Origin: Microbacteriaceae bacterium
GTDB taxonomy: Bacteria; Actinomycetota; Actinomycetes; Actinomycetales; Microbacteriaceae
Length of the DNA: 64,000 nt
Direction: 5' to 3'
Assembly: GCA_025465095.1 (NCBI GenBank)
Contig: JAODME010000037.1
Coordinates: forward strand, 27,137 to 91,136
Position 1 is the first letter of the stretch, and each line of letters starts with the position of its first letter. Of this stretch, positions 9,355 through 19,469 are shown piece by piece. Under the pieces are notes generated by a model. It did not search any database. It was not told where the DNA came from and saw nothing but the letters and a program-made list of their open reading frames with translations. Position numbers and translations under genes: made by a program.

Positions 9355-10437
9355 ATGACCGACACAGCGCTTTTCTCTCCGCACACCATCCGCTCCGTGA
9401 CCATCCGCAACCGCATCTGGGTGACACCGCTCTGCCAATACTCCGTCGACCTCGAAGACGGGGTTCCCACCGACTGGCATCTCGTGCATCTCGGTTCCTT
9501 CGCCCGCGGCGGGGCCGGCCTCGTCATGACCGAGGCCACCGGGGTGAGCGCGGTGGGGCGGATCTCCGCCGAGGACACCGGCATCTACACCGACGAACAA
9601 CGCGATGCGTGGGCTCGCATCGTCGGGTTCCTGCATTCGCAGGGCGCGGCAGCGGGAATCCAACTCGCCCACGCGGGCCGGAAGGCGTCCGTGCACCGGG
9701 AGTGGGGCCCGGATGATGGCACCCGCCCGATCGCGGAGGGGGGCTGGCAGAGCGTCGCCCCGTCTGCAATCGCCTTCGAGGGCTACGACACGCCAGCGCA
9801 GCTGAGCCGGGATGGCGTGGCGGACATCGTGACCGAGTTCACGGATGCGGCGAGGCGCTCAGTCGAGGCGGGATTCGACGTCGTCGAAATCCACGCTGCG
9901 CACGGCTACCTCATTCACCAGTTCCTGTCACCGCTGTCGAACGCCCGCGACGACGAGTACGGCGGCAGCCTCGAGAACCGTGCCCGCCTGTTGCTCGAAG
10001 TGGTGGCATCCGTTCGCGTCGCCGTCGGGAACGCCGTGCCGGTGTTCGTCCGCTTCTCGGCGACCGACTGGGCCGTGGGGGGCTGGGATCAGGAACAGAC
10101 CGCGATCGTCGCCGGATGGGCGAAGGATGCCGGCGCTGACCTGTTCGACCTTTCCTCCGGCGGCCTCATCGACGGTGTGAGCATTCCCGTCGAGCCCGGC
10201 TACCAGGTGCCATTCGCCGAGTTTGTGAGGCGAGAGGCGTCGGTCGAGGTCAACGCGGTCGGCCTCATCACCGACGCGGTGCAGGCGAACGAGATTATCG
10301 AATCAGGCAAGGCGGATGCCGTGATGATGGGCCGTGAACTCATGCGCGACCCGCACTTTCCATTACGAGCCGCGCACCAGCTCGGCGTTCCGATCGACTA
10401 CTGGCCGCCGCAGTACCGCAGGGCGCGTTGGCGCTGA
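9355..10437 (+). CDS. NADH:flavin oxidoreductase / NADPH dehydrogenase (Old Yellow Enzyme, YqjM/NamA type)
   Basis: IRNRIWVTPLCQYS, HLGSFARGGAGLV, AHGYLIHQFLSPLSN, GRELMRDPHF. Confidence 0.85.
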   Translation: MTDTALFSPHTIRSVTIRNRIWVTPLCQYSVDLEDGVPTDWHLVHLGSFARGGAGLVMTEATGVSAVGRISAEDTGIYTDEQRDAWARIVGFLHSQGAAAGIQLAHAGRKASVHREWGPDDGTRPIAEGGWQSVAPSAIAFEGYDTPAQLSRDGVADIVTEFTDAARRSVEAGFDVVEIHAAHGYLIHQFLSPLSNARDDEYGGSLENRARLLLEVVASVRVAVGNAVPVFVRFSATDWAVGGWDQEQTAIVAGWAKDAGADLFDLSSGGLIDGVSIPVEPGYQVPFAEFVRREASVEVNAVGLITDAVQANEIIESGKADAVMMGRELMRDPHFPLRAAHQLGVPIDYWPPQYRRARWR

Positions 10438-10452
10438 GCTGAGGCTCGCCGC

Positions 10453-11496
10453 CTACATCCGGCGAGTGGCGTCCTGCACCTCTCCTACGAGTTCCTCGAT
10501 AATGTCCTCGAGGAACAGCACCCCCATCGTGGCGCCGCTCTCATCGAACACCCTTGCCATATGCGTGCCGGACCGGCGCATGGACGCGAGCGCATCCTCC
10601 AGGTCCTGACCGTCGTAGATCGAGATGAGCTGGCGGATCCGTTTCGGCGGCACCGGCTCCTCGAACTCGCCGAGCTGCTCGAGGTCGATGACGTCTTTGA
10701 GATGCAGGTAGCCGGTCGGCTCGCCTTCATCGTTCACGAGCACGTACCTGGAGAATCCGCGCTGAGCCACGGCGCGCTCGACGTCCTTGGGGCTCGCCGC
10801 CTCCGAGAGGGAGACGAGTTCGGACAAACCGACGGTGATGTCTCGCACCTTCTTCTCGGTGAACTCGAACGCGGCGGTGAGAGCGCCCGTCCTGTCCGTC
10901 AGCACACCCTCCCTGGTCGAGGTGGCGACGATGGTGGCGACCTCGTCGAGCGTGAAGGCACTCGTCGCCTCGTTCTTCGGCTCGACCCCGAACAGGCGTA
11001 GTACCCCGTTCGCCACCGAGTTCAGGGCGAGGATGATCGGACGGAAGATCATCGACACGAACACCAGTGGCGGCGCGAGGATGAGCACCGCACGGTCGGG
11101 TACCGAGAACGACAGGTTCTTCGGCACCATCTCCCCGAGCACGACATGCAGGTAGGAGACGAGGACCAGCGCGATGACGAACGCGAGCGTGCTGATAAGT
11201 TCCGCCGGCAGGCCGGTCAGCTCGAGCGGAATCTCGAGCAGGTGGTGGATCGCCGGCTCCGACACGTTGAGGATCAGCAGCGAGCAGACGGTGATTCCGA
11301 GTTGGCTCGTCGCGAGCATGAGCGTCGCGTGCTCCATCGCGTAGAGCGCCGTCTTCGCCGGACGGCTTCCCGCCTCAGCGCGCGGCTCGATCTGCGAACG
11401 CTTCGCCGCGATCACCGCGAACTCTGCGCCGACGAAGAACGCATTTATCGCAAGCAGGATGAAGAGCCAGGCTATGCCGCCCCAGTAATCGCTCAT
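10453..11496 (-). CDS. hemolysin-family membrane protein (DUF21/CNNM + CBS pair)
   Basis: N-terminal DUF21 (FFVGAEFAVIAAKRSQIE) followed by CBS-like repeats. Its start overlaps the stop of the upstream paralogue. Confidence 0.8.
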   Translation of the reverse strand: MSDYWGGIAWLFILLAINAFFVGAEFAVIAAKRSQIEPRAEAGSRPAKTALYAMEHATLMLATSQLGITVCSLLILNVSEPAIHHLLEIPLELTGLPAELISTLAFVIALVLVSYLHVVLGEMVPKNLSFSVPDRAVLILAPPLVFVSMIFRPIILALNSVANGVLRLFGVEPKNEATSAFTLDEVATIVATSTREGVLTDRTGALTAAFEFTEKKVRDITVGLSELVSLSEAASPKDVERAVAQRGFSRYVLVNDEGEPTGYLHLKDVIDLEQLGEFEEPVPPKRIRQLISIYDGQDLEDALASMRRSGTHMARVFDESGATMGVLFLEDIIEELVGEVQDATRRM

Positions 11497-12824
11497 CGGG
11501 CGCTGCCCGCCACGACGACCGCGTCGTCGCTGTCTGAGGTCGGCGTGAAACGAAGCCGGTCGATCCTACGACCGTCCAACCGCTCGACCCGGAACGTGCC
11601 GGCCTCGACCGCGACGGTGTCGCCGACGACGGGGAGACGACCCAATTCGCTCATGATGAAGCCTCCGATCGTCTCGTATGGCCCGTCCTCCGGCACCACG
11701 ACATCCGCTCGTTCGAGCAGTTCGTCGGGCCTGAGGCTGCCAGGGAAGGTCAACCAGTCACGGGAGCGGACGACTCCCGCGCGGGTGCGGTCGTGCTCGT
11801 CCGACACCTCCCCGATGAGTTCCTCGACGAGGTCCTCCAGGGTCACCACGCCGGCGGTCCCGCCGTACTCATCGACGACGACAGCCATCTGGTAGCCCCT
11901 CTGTCGGAGCTCCCCGAGAAGGGTGTCCAGCTTCATCGTCTCCGGAACCCGGAGGGCGTCGGTCTGCAACGCAGACACGGGCACGGCGCTGCGCTTCTTG
12001 CGGGGAACTGCGACGGCCTGCTTGACGTGCACGACACCGACGACATCATCGATGCTGTCGTGGATAACGGGGAAGCGCGAGAATCCGGTACGACGGGCCA
12101 ACTCGAGAACGGCGGTCGCGAACTCGTTCCTGTCGATGCTCGAGACGCGGGGGCGGGGGGTCATCACGTCTCCCGCGTTGTGCTGACTGAACCGCAGGGT
12201 GCGGGCCAGGAGGGTAGCCGTGTTCGCATCGAGACTTCCCTCGGTCGCCGACCGGCGCACCAGGGAGGTCAGTTCCTCCGCCGTACGCGCACCGGAGAGT
12301 TCCTCTTTCGGATCGATGCCGATCGATCGGAGGAGCACGTTCGCGGAGTTATTGAGTAAGGTCACGGCTGGCCTGAACACGAAGGTGAAGCCGACCTGGA
12401 ACGGCATCACGAACTTGGCCGTCTGCCGCGGAAGCGCGAGGGCGAAGTTCTTGGGCACAAGCTCGCCGATGATCATCGAGAGCAGGGTGGCTAGGGTGAT
12501 CGCAATGATCGTCGCGGCGACCACGACCACCGGCGCGGGAATACCGATCGCCGTCAGCGGAGGCGCGAGGAAACGGCTGAACGCCGGCTCGAGGGTATAG
12601 CCGGTGAGCAGGGTGGTCAGGGTGATGCCGAGCTGGGCGCTCGAGAGGTGCGTCGAGGTGATCTTCAGCGCACCGATCGTCAGGGCGAGACGACTCTCGC
12701 CCCGCTCGTGCCGCGCTTCAAGTTCTGAGCGGTCGAGGTTGACGAGTGCGAATTCGGATGCGACGAAGAAGCCGGTTCCGATGGTGAGCACCAGGCCGAT
12801 CCCGGCGAGTATCAGGTCAGACAC
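11493..12824 (-). CDS. hemolysin-family membrane protein (DUF21 + CBS pair + CorC/HlyC C-terminal domain)
   Basis: FFVASEFALVNLDRSELE, GELVPKNFAL, CBS pair, and a C-terminal GDTVAVEAGTFRVERLDGRRI transporter-associated domain. Confidence 0.8.
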   Translation of the reverse strand: MSDLILAGIGLVLTIGTGFFVASEFALVNLDRSELEARHERGESRLALTIGALKITSTHLSSAQLGITLTTLLTGYTLEPAFSRFLAPPLTAIGIPAPVVVVAATIIAITLATLLSMIIGELVPKNFALALPRQTAKFVMPFQVGFTFVFRPAVTLLNNSANVLLRSIGIDPKEELSGARTAEELTSLVRRSATEGSLDANTATLLARTLRFSQHNAGDVMTPRPRVSSIDRNEFATAVLELARRTGFSRFPVIHDSIDDVVGVVHVKQAVAVPRKKRSAVPVSALQTDALRVPETMKLDTLLGELRQRGYQMAVVVDEYGGTAGVVTLEDLVEELIGEVSDEHDRTRAGVVRSRDWLTFPGSLRPDELLERADVVVPEDGPYETIGGFIMSELGRLPVVGDTVAVEAGTFRVERLDGRRIDRLRFTPTSDSDDAVVVAGSAR

Positions 12825-12889
12825 GGGTGGGCCAAGGGTATAGAGGGGGGGTCGTCCATTATTCAGACGATTCTACATTCCTCAGGCGA

Positions 12890-14329
12890 TCACCAGCTGA
12901 CGGGTAAGGCCTTACCCTCCTCATAGCCCGCCGCCGACTGGATTCCCACAAGCGCACGCTCCGCGAACTCCTCGAGCGTCGAAGCTCCGGCATAGGTCAG
13001 TGACGACCGCAGCCCGGACGTGATCATGTCGAGGAGGTCCTCGACGGAGGGTCGCAGCGGGTCGACATAAATCCTCGAGGAGGAGATTCCCTCGGCGAAA
13101 AGTGTTTTGCGGGCGAGCTCATACGCTTCGAGCCGGTCGAACCTGTCATGCACCGCCTTCGTCGACGCCATCCCCCAGCTCTCCTTGTACAGCCTGCCGT
13201 CGGCATCCGTCTCGAGGGTGCCTGGCGCCTCGATCGTTCCCGCGAACCAGGAGCCGATCATCACCGACGATGCGCCGGCCGCGAGAGCGAGCGCAACGTC
13301 GCGGGGGTAGCGTATGCCCCCGTCTGCCCACACGTGCGCGCCGAGCTCCCGGGCGGCCGCGGCCGTCTCAAGGACCGCGGAGAACTGCGGCCGACCAACC
13401 GCGGTCATCATCCGCGTAGTGCACATCGCACCGGGCCCGACACCGACCTTCACGATCGTCGCTCCGGCCTTGATCATGTCTTCGGCTCCGACGGCCGAGA
13501 CCACATTTCCAGCGACGAGGGGAATGTCGAGCCCGAGCGCGGCGACGGTGTCGATGGCAGCAATCATGCCGTCCTGGTGACCGTGGGCCGTGTCGAGGAC
13601 GAGCACGTCGACGCCTGCCGCGACGAGCGCCTTCGCCTTACGCGCGACATCGCCGTTGATCCCTATTGCCGCGGCGACCTTGAGTCTTCCCTGCCCGTCG
13701 AGCGCGGGCGCGTAGATGGTGGAGCGGAGAGCGCTCGTCCTGCTGAGCGTGCCGATGACCCTGCCGTGTCGCAGCACCGGAGCGAACTGCAGGTCCGCGG
13801 CGGCCATGAGGTCGAAGGCCTCCCGCCCTGTGGTGACGTCATCGGCGTCGATCGATGCAAGCTGACCGTGCAGCAGATCCCCCAGCCTCGCGTCCGGAAG
13901 AGCAGTGCTGAGCCGTGCTGCCGAGATACAGCCGAGGTAGTCCCCTTCGGCACCATGCAGCACGATGCCGTGGCCCTCGACGGGAGGCAACTGCCGCAGG
14001 GCGTCTGCGACCGACTGATCCGGCCGCAGCGACAGTGGGGAGTCGAACGGCACGGGTTGTTCCTTGACCCAGTGGATCGCGGCATCGAGATCTTGAAGGT
14101 GCATGTCCTGCGGAAGCACCCCGAGCCCACCGCGCCTCGCCAGGGTCGCAGACAATCTCGGGCCGGTCACCGAGCTCATGTTCGCGGAGACGATCGGAAT
14201 GGACGTGCCGACGCCGTCGGCAGGTGCGATCGAGACGTCGAGTCGGCTGCGGATTCCCGACCGACTCGGAACAAGGAAGACGTCGGAATAGGTCAGGTCA
14301 TGCCGCGGCGTCGTCTCGTAGAACTTCAT
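12890..14329 (-). CDS. guaB1: GuaB1-family IMP dehydrogenase-related protein (GMP reductase type)
   Basis: MKFYETTPRHDLTYSDVFLVPSRS start, an internal CBS-like insert, and catalytic GVGPGAMCTTRMMT. Synteny with the two CBS membrane genes matches mycobacteria. Confidence 0.85.
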   Translation of the reverse strand: MKFYETTPRHDLTYSDVFLVPSRSGIRSRLDVSIAPADGVGTSIPIVSANMSSVTGPRLSATLARRGGLGVLPQDMHLQDLDAAIHWVKEQPVPFDSPLSLRPDQSVADALRQLPPVEGHGIVLHGAEGDYLGCISAARLSTALPDARLGDLLHGQLASIDADDVTTGREAFDLMAAADLQFAPVLRHGRVIGTLSRTSALRSTIYAPALDGQGRLKVAAAIGINGDVARKAKALVAAGVDVLVLDTAHGHQDGMIAAIDTVAALGLDIPLVAGNVVSAVGAEDMIKAGATIVKVGVGPGAMCTTRMMTAVGRPQFSAVLETAAAARELGAHVWADGGIRYPRDVALALAAGASSVMIGSWFAGTIEAPGTLETDADGRLYKESWGMASTKAVHDRFDRLEAYELARKTLFAEGISSSRIYVDPLRPSVEDLLDMITSGLRSSLTYAGASTLEEFAERALVGIQSAAGYEEGKALPVSW

Positions 14330-14484
14330 CGTTTTAAGGTACTGCCTGCCGTCGGGCGTCGTACCTGCCCTGCGAAAGCGATTAAGCTGGACAGGTGTGT
14401 GGCCAGTGTCGGGCACAGTCAAGCGGAACGCCGGTGATCGCGCGTTCCCGTCAAACGGTGACAACGGAGAGTGGGCGGTCGGCT

Positions 14485-17400
14485 GTGTCTAGCCAAGTGA
14501 CCGGACTCGTGCCGGAGGATGGATCCTCCAGCGAGTTCGGGGCCAACGAATGGCTCGTAGACGAGATGTACGAGCTGTATGTCGCAGACAAGAACTCGGT
14601 GGAGAAGTCGTGGTGGCCGATCCTCGAGAACTACCACCCTCGGTCGGAGCCAGCGTCGGCGGATCGGCTTATGGCGGAGCCCGCCCCGGAACCGGAACCC
14701 GACGTGTCCGAGGTGAAGGCCGCTGAGGCGGCCTCGAATCAGGAGCCCCAGATTCCGGTCGAGGTCACCCCGGAGTCGATCGACCCCACTCCTGCGCCCT
14801 CGAAGAGCTCGGCGCCGACGACCGGCGGCCAGCCGATCGCACGCACCACATCGGTCGAGGCGAAACCGCAACCCATTCCTGCGGATGCTCCGGCGAAGGC
14901 GCCCACGAAGCGGCCAACGCCGGTAGTCGAGGACGCGGCCCCCGCCGAGGAGCAGAACCTCGTACAGCCGCTCCGCGGCATGGCGAAGAGCCTCGCGACC
15001 AACATGGACGCGAGCCTCTCGGTGCCGACCGCGACAAGCGTCCGCACGATCCCCGCGAAGCTCATGATCGACAACCGCATCGTGATCAACAACCACCTCA
15101 AGCGTGCACGCGGCGGCAAGATCTCCTTCACCCACCTGATCGGCTGGGCGATAGTGCAGGCGATCAAGGAGTTCCCGAGCCAGAACGTCTACTACGAGGA
15201 AGTCGACGGAAAGCCTTCGGTCGTCACTCCAGCGCACATCAACCTCGGCCTCGCGATCGACATGCCGAAGCCCGACGGCACGCGCGCACTTCTCGTTCCC
15301 GGTATCAAGAAGACCGAGACGATGAGCTTCGGCGACTTCATCTCCGAGTACGAATCGCTCGTCGCGAAGGCGCGCGGCAACAAACTGACCGGGGCCGACT
15401 TCGCGGGAACCACCATCTCGCTGACCAACCCCGGCGGCATCGGCACCGAGCACTCGGTTCCGCGCCTAATGAGGGGCCAGGGTTGCATCGTCGGCGCCGG
15501 CGCCCTCGAATACCCCGCCGAGTTCCAGGGCGCGAGCACGAAGACCCTCGCCGAGCTCGGAATCGGCAAGACCATCACGCTTACCTCCACCTACGATCAC
15601 CGCGTGATCCAGGGGGCCGGCTCCGGCGAGTTCCTCAAGAAGGTGCACGAGCTACTCATCGGGCAGCGCGGCTTCTACGAGGGCATCTTCGCCGCCCTGC
15701 GCATCCCGTACGATCCGATCCACTGGGCGTCCGACATCAACGTCGACCTCGCCGACAATGTGAGCAAGACGACCCGAGTTCAGGAACTGATCAACTCGTT
15801 CCGGGTCCGCGGTCACCTGATGGCCGACATCGACCCGCTCGAGTACAAGCAGCGGTCGCACCCCGACCTCGAGATCACGAGTCACGGCCTCACCTTTTGG
15901 GATCTCGACCGTGAATTCGTGACCGGCGGCTTTGGGGGGCGACGCTCGGCGCTGCTGCGCGACATCCTCGGCGTTCTGCGCGACTCGTACTGCCGGACGA
16001 TCGGCGTCGAGTACATGTTCATCCAGGATCCGGTTCAGCGGAAGTGGATCCAGGACCACATCGAGAAGCCGTACTCGAAGCCGACGCACGACGAGCAGAT
16101 GCGCGTGCTGGCAAAGCTCAACGAGGCGGAAGCATTCGAAACCTTCCTGCAGACCAAGTACGTCGGCCAGAAGCGTTTCAGCCTTGAAGGCGGCGAATCC
16201 ACCATCGCACTGCTCGACGCGCTGCTTCAAGGGGCGGCGGAATCCGGTCTCGACGAGGTCGCGATCGGGATGGCGCACCGTGGCCGTCTGAACGTGCTCA
16301 CCAACATCGCCGGGAAAACCTACGGGCAGATTTTCCGGGAGTTCGAGGGTACCCAGGACCCGCGCACCGTCCAGGGGTCCGGCGACGTTAAATACCACCT
16401 CGGCACAGAGGGCACCTTCACCGGCGCCACCGGTGACCAGATTCCCGTCTACCTGGCCGCGAACCCCTCCCATCTTGAGGCTGTCGACGGCGTGCTCGAA
16501 GGAATCGTCCGCGCCAAACAGGACCGGAAGCCGGTCGGATCCTTCGGGGTGCTGCCGGTCATGGTGCACGGTGACGCTGCCATGGCGGGTCAGGGCATCG
16601 TCGTCGAGATCCTGCAGATGTCGCAACTGCGCGGCTACCGTACGGGCGGCACCATCCACCTCGTGGTGAACAACCAGGTGGGGTTCACGACTCCTCCCGG
16701 TGAGGGTCGCACCTCGATCTACTCCACAGACGTCGCTAAGACAATTCAGGCGCCGATCTTCCACGTGAACGGGGATGACCCCGAGGCGGTCGTGCGCGTC
16801 GCGCAACTGGCGTTCGCCTACCGCCAGGAGTTCCACCGCGACGTCGTGATCGACCTCATGTGCTACCGCCGTCGCGGACACAACGAGGGCGACGACCCCT
16901 CGATGACGCAGCCGCTCATGTACAACCTGATCGAGGCGAAGCGTTCGGTGCGCACCCTGTACGCCGACGCCCTCGTCGGTCGCGGAGACATCACCGAGGA
17001 AGAGTATGCGGCTGCGCACGCGGACTTCCAGGATCGCCTGGAACGCGCCTTCGCCGAGACGCATGCCGCCCAGACCTCCTCGATGCCGATCATCGTGCAG
17101 GACGCCAACGCGGTGTCCGACCTCGAACGGCCGGAGTCACAGAAGGATGACTCGAGCGGGGAGCCTGAGACCACCGGGGTGGAGGAATCGGTGATCCACC
17201 TCATCGGCGACGCGTTCGACAACCCGCCGGCAGACTTCTCCGTGCACCCGAAGCTGCAGGCGTTGTTGCGCAAGCGCGTGGACATGAGCCGAAACGGTTC
17301 GATCGACTGGGCGTTCGGCGAACTGCTCGCGCTCGGATCGCTCCTCCTCGAGGACACTCCCGTTCGCATGGCGGGGCAGGACACCCGGCGGGGCACCTTC

Positions 17401-18330
17401 GTGCAGCGGCACGCGGTGCTTCACGACCGGCAGAACGGTCAGGAATGGCTGCCCCTCGCGAACCTGAGCGCGAACCAGGCACGGTTCTGGATTTATGACT
17501 CGCTTCTCAGCGAATACGCCGCCATGGGCTTCGAGTACGGTTATTCGGTCGAACGCGCCGACGCCCTCGTGCTGTGGGAAGCCCAGTTCGGCGATTTCGC
17601 CAACGGGGCGCAGATTGTGATCGACGAGTTCATCTCCAGCGCCGAGCAGAAGTGGGGACAGCGTTCCAGCGTCGTGCTGTTGCTTCCTCACGGCTACGAA
17701 GGCCAGGGGCCGGACCACTCCTCTGCGCGCATCGAGCGGTACCTGCAGATGTGCGCCGAGGAGAACATGACGGTCGCGCGTCCGTCCACGCCGGCGTCGT
17801 ACTTCCACCTGCTGCGTCGTCAGGCGTACGCGCGACCCCGCCGGCCGCTCATCGTGTTCACCCCGAAGGCCATGCTGCGCTTGCGCGGTGCAACGAGCGA
17901 TGTGGCCGACTTCACAAGCGGCAAGTTCGAGCCCGTGTTGGACGACACCCGCGTCGCGAATAAGTCAGCGGTGAGGCGCGTCGTGCTGCACGCGGGAAAG
18001 ATCCACTACGACCTGGCCACCGAGGTCGAGAAGCGCGAACTGACCGACATAGCACTCGTGCGCCTCGAGCAGTATTACCCGCTGCCGCTTCAAGAACTGG
18101 ATGCGGTGCTCGCGCAGTACCCGAATGCTGAGTACCTGTGGGCTCAGGAGGAGCCGGAGAACCAGGGTGCGTGGCCGTTCGTGAGCCTCGAGCTTTCCCG
18201 CCGTCTGGGCGGCCGCAGGATCTCGGTTGCCTCGCGCCCCGCGGCGGCCTCTCCCGCCACCGGGTCCACCAAGCGCAGTGCGCAGCAGCAGGTCGACCTG
18301 ATCGACCGGGCGCTGACGATCGGCGGTTGA
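14485..18330 (+). CDS. kgd: multifunctional 2-oxoglutarate dehydrogenase/decarboxylase E1 with fused E2-like acyltransferase domain (Kgd/OdhA type)
   Basis: FGANEWLVDEMYELY N-terminus, Ala/Pro linker, E2 catalytic motif STYDHRVIQGAGSGEF, and the TPP-binding E1 body. The start is ambiguous: in-frame GTGs at 14458, 14485 and 14497. Confidence 0.9.
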   Translation: MSSQVTGLVPEDGSSSEFGANEWLVDEMYELYVADKNSVEKSWWPILENYHPRSEPASADRLMAEPAPEPEPDVSEVKAAEAASNQEPQIPVEVTPESIDPTPAPSKSSAPTTGGQPIARTTSVEAKPQPIPADAPAKAPTKRPTPVVEDAAPAEEQNLVQPLRGMAKSLATNMDASLSVPTATSVRTIPAKLMIDNRIVINNHLKRARGGKISFTHLIGWAIVQAIKEFPSQNVYYEEVDGKPSVVTPAHINLGLAIDMPKPDGTRALLVPGIKKTETMSFGDFISEYESLVAKARGNKLTGADFAGTTISLTNPGGIGTEHSVPRLMRGQGCIVGAGALEYPAEFQGASTKTLAELGIGKTITLTSTYDHRVIQGAGSGEFLKKVHELLIGQRGFYEGIFAALRIPYDPIHWASDINVDLADNVSKTTRVQELINSFRVRGHLMADIDPLEYKQRSHPDLEITSHGLTFWDLDREFVTGGFGGRRSALLRDILGVLRDSYCRTIGVEYMFIQDPVQRKWIQDHIEKPYSKPTHDEQMRVLAKLNEAEAFETFLQTKYVGQKRFSLEGGESTIALLDALLQGAAESGLDEVAIGMAHRGRLNVLTNIAGKTYGQIFREFEGTQDPRTVQGSGDVKYHLGTEGTFTGATGDQIPVYLAANPSHLEAVDGVLEGIVRAKQDRKPVGSFGVLPVMVHGDAAMAGQGIVVEILQMSQLRGYRTGGTIHLVVNNQVGFTTPPGEGRTSIYSTDVAKTIQAPIFHVNGDDPEAVVRVAQLAFAYRQEFHRDVVIDLMCYRRRGHNEGDDPSMTQPLMYNLIEAKRSVRTLYADALVGRGDITEEEYAAAHADFQDRLERAFAETHAAQTSSMPIIVQDANAVSDLERPESQKDDSSGEPETTGVEESVIHLIGDAFDNPPADFSVHPKLQALLRKRVDMSRNGSIDWAFGELLALGSLLLEDTPVRMAGQDTRRGTFVQRHAVLHDRQNGQEWLPLANLSANQARFWIYDSLLSEYAAMGFEYGYSVERADALVLWEAQFGDFANGAQIVIDEFISSAEQKWGQRSSVVLLLPHGYEGQGPDHSSARIERYLQMCAEENMTVARPSTPASYFHLLRRQAYARPRRPLIVFTPKAMLRLRGATSDVADFTSGKFEPVLDDTRVANKSAVRRVVLHAGKIHYDLATEVEKRELTDIALVRLEQYYPLPLQELDAVLAQYPNAEYLWAQEEPENQGAWPFVSLELSRRLGGRRISVASRPAAASPATGSTKRSAQQQVDLIDRALTIGG

Positions 18331-18331
18331 C

Positions 18332-18379
18332 CGCAAGCGCGGCCCTCGGCGGGCATCCCGAAAGAGGACCGCGCTTGCG
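18332..18379. terminator. long hairpin between convergent kgd and rsrA (bidirectional terminator candidate)
   Basis: cgcaagcgcgg (18332-18342) pairs perfectly with ccgcgcttgcg (18369-18379), plus extra inner pairs. Confidence 0.55.
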
Positions 18380-18390
18380 CGAACGTCGGA

Positions 18391-18630
18391 CTAGTGTGCC
18401 TGCATCAGACGCAGTTTCGCGAGCACCTGATCACGCAGGTCCTCAGGGGCGATCTCTTTGCACGCCCGCTGCACCGCTTGGGTGAGGACCACGCCCACGT
18501 GGCGCTCCCCATCGCAGTCGGGGCAGTTCGCCAGGTGTTCGGTGATGTCGGCGGCCTCGTCGGAGCGCAGTTCATGGTGCAGGTATTCCTCGAGTTCGGC
18601 CTTGGCCTTCTCGCAACCGCTGTCCGTCAT
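18391..18630 (-). CDS. rsrA: zinc-binding anti-sigma factor (RsrA/RshA, ZAS family)
   Basis: HxxxCxxC motif ([12 protein letters not shown]) and an early Cys ([10 protein letters not shown]). Its start overlaps the sigH stop. Confidence 0.85.
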   Translation of the reverse strand: MTDSGCEKAKAELEEYLHHELRSDEAADITEHLANCPDCDGERHVGVVLTQAVQRACKEIAPEDLRDQVLAKLRLMQAH

Positions 18631-19334
18631 TTCTTCTGTCCCTTCGCAGCAACACCCAGGGTCGAGACGCCCTGAGCTGACACGCTTAGTCCGCGTTCAC
18701 CCGCATAGTCGGTAAGCAGGCCGCGAAGCATTCGTCTGCCACGATGCAGACGACTCATCACGGTTCCCACCGGTGTCTTCATGATGTCGGCGATCTCCTG
18801 GTAGGAGAAGCCTTCCACGTCGGCGAAGTAGACCGCCAAACGGAAATCTTCGGGAATCGACTGCAGTGCATCCTTAACAGCCGAATCAGGCAGATGATCG
18901 ATAGCTTCCGCCTCAGCCGACCGCGTCGAGCGTCCCTGCGTCAACGACTGCGCCCCACCGATCTGCCAGTCTTCGAGCTCGTCGATCGTGCCCTGGTAGG
19001 GGTCGCGCTGCTTCTTGCGGTAGATATTGATGAACGTGTTGGTGAGGATGCGGTAGAGCCACGCCTTGAGGTTCGTGCCCTGGTTGTACTGGCCGAATGC
19101 CGCGAATGCCTTGACGAACGTCTCCTGCACGAGGTCGGCCGCATCGGCGGGATTCCGGGTCATCCGCAGAGCGGCACCGTAAAGCTGGTCCATGAAGGGA
19201 ATGGCCTGTTCCTCGAACAGTGCGCGCATCTCATCCGCCGATGCATCGGCGGTGCCGGGCCCGCTCACCATGCCGGCTCCGCCGGCGGAGGCATCATCGG
19301 CTGTGGGGGACGTGTTCTCGGTAGGGGTGCTCAT
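18627..19334 (-). CDS. sigH: ECF-type RNA polymerase sigma factor SigH/SigR
   Basis: Region 2 [42 protein letters not shown] and region 4 [25 protein letters not shown]. Start at ATG-19334. Confidence 0.9.
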   Translation of the reverse strand: MSTPTENTSPTADDASAGGAGMVSGPGTADASADEMRALFEEQAIPFMDQLYGAALRMTRNPADAADLVQETFVKAFAAFGQYNQGTNLKAWLYRILTNTFINIYRKKQRDPYQGTIDELEDWQIGGAQSLTQGRSTRSAEAEAIDHLPDSAVKDALQSIPEDFRLAVYFADVEGFSYQEIADIMKTPVGTVMSRLHRGRRMLRGLLTDYAGERGLSVSAQGVSTLGVAAKGQKK

Positions 19335-19469
19335 CGTGCGCAAGTCTAGTTCGCGGCGCTGAATTCGGGGCTTTGTCCCGCGTCGACGGTTGTGCCGCGT
19401 TGGAGGTGCGCTGATGCTCACGTGCGTCCTCCGGTTTCCGTCGCCGTTCCTCGATACGCTTAGTAACCG

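Noticed and set aside
9271-9696. Possible N-terminal NnrE (epimerase) domain on the NAD(P)H-hydrate dehydratase ORF.
   Set aside because: The upstream extension is antisense to the OYE gene start region and has no YjeF_N-like sequence. The gene is called as a stand-alone dehydratase from ATG-9270.
19335-19469. SigH/SigR-type autoregulatory promoter (GGAAT/C-N17-18-GTT) upstream of sigH.
   Set aside because: I read the minus strand of the spacer and found GGAAC and GGAAA elements, but none has a GTT at the required spacing. No promoter is called.
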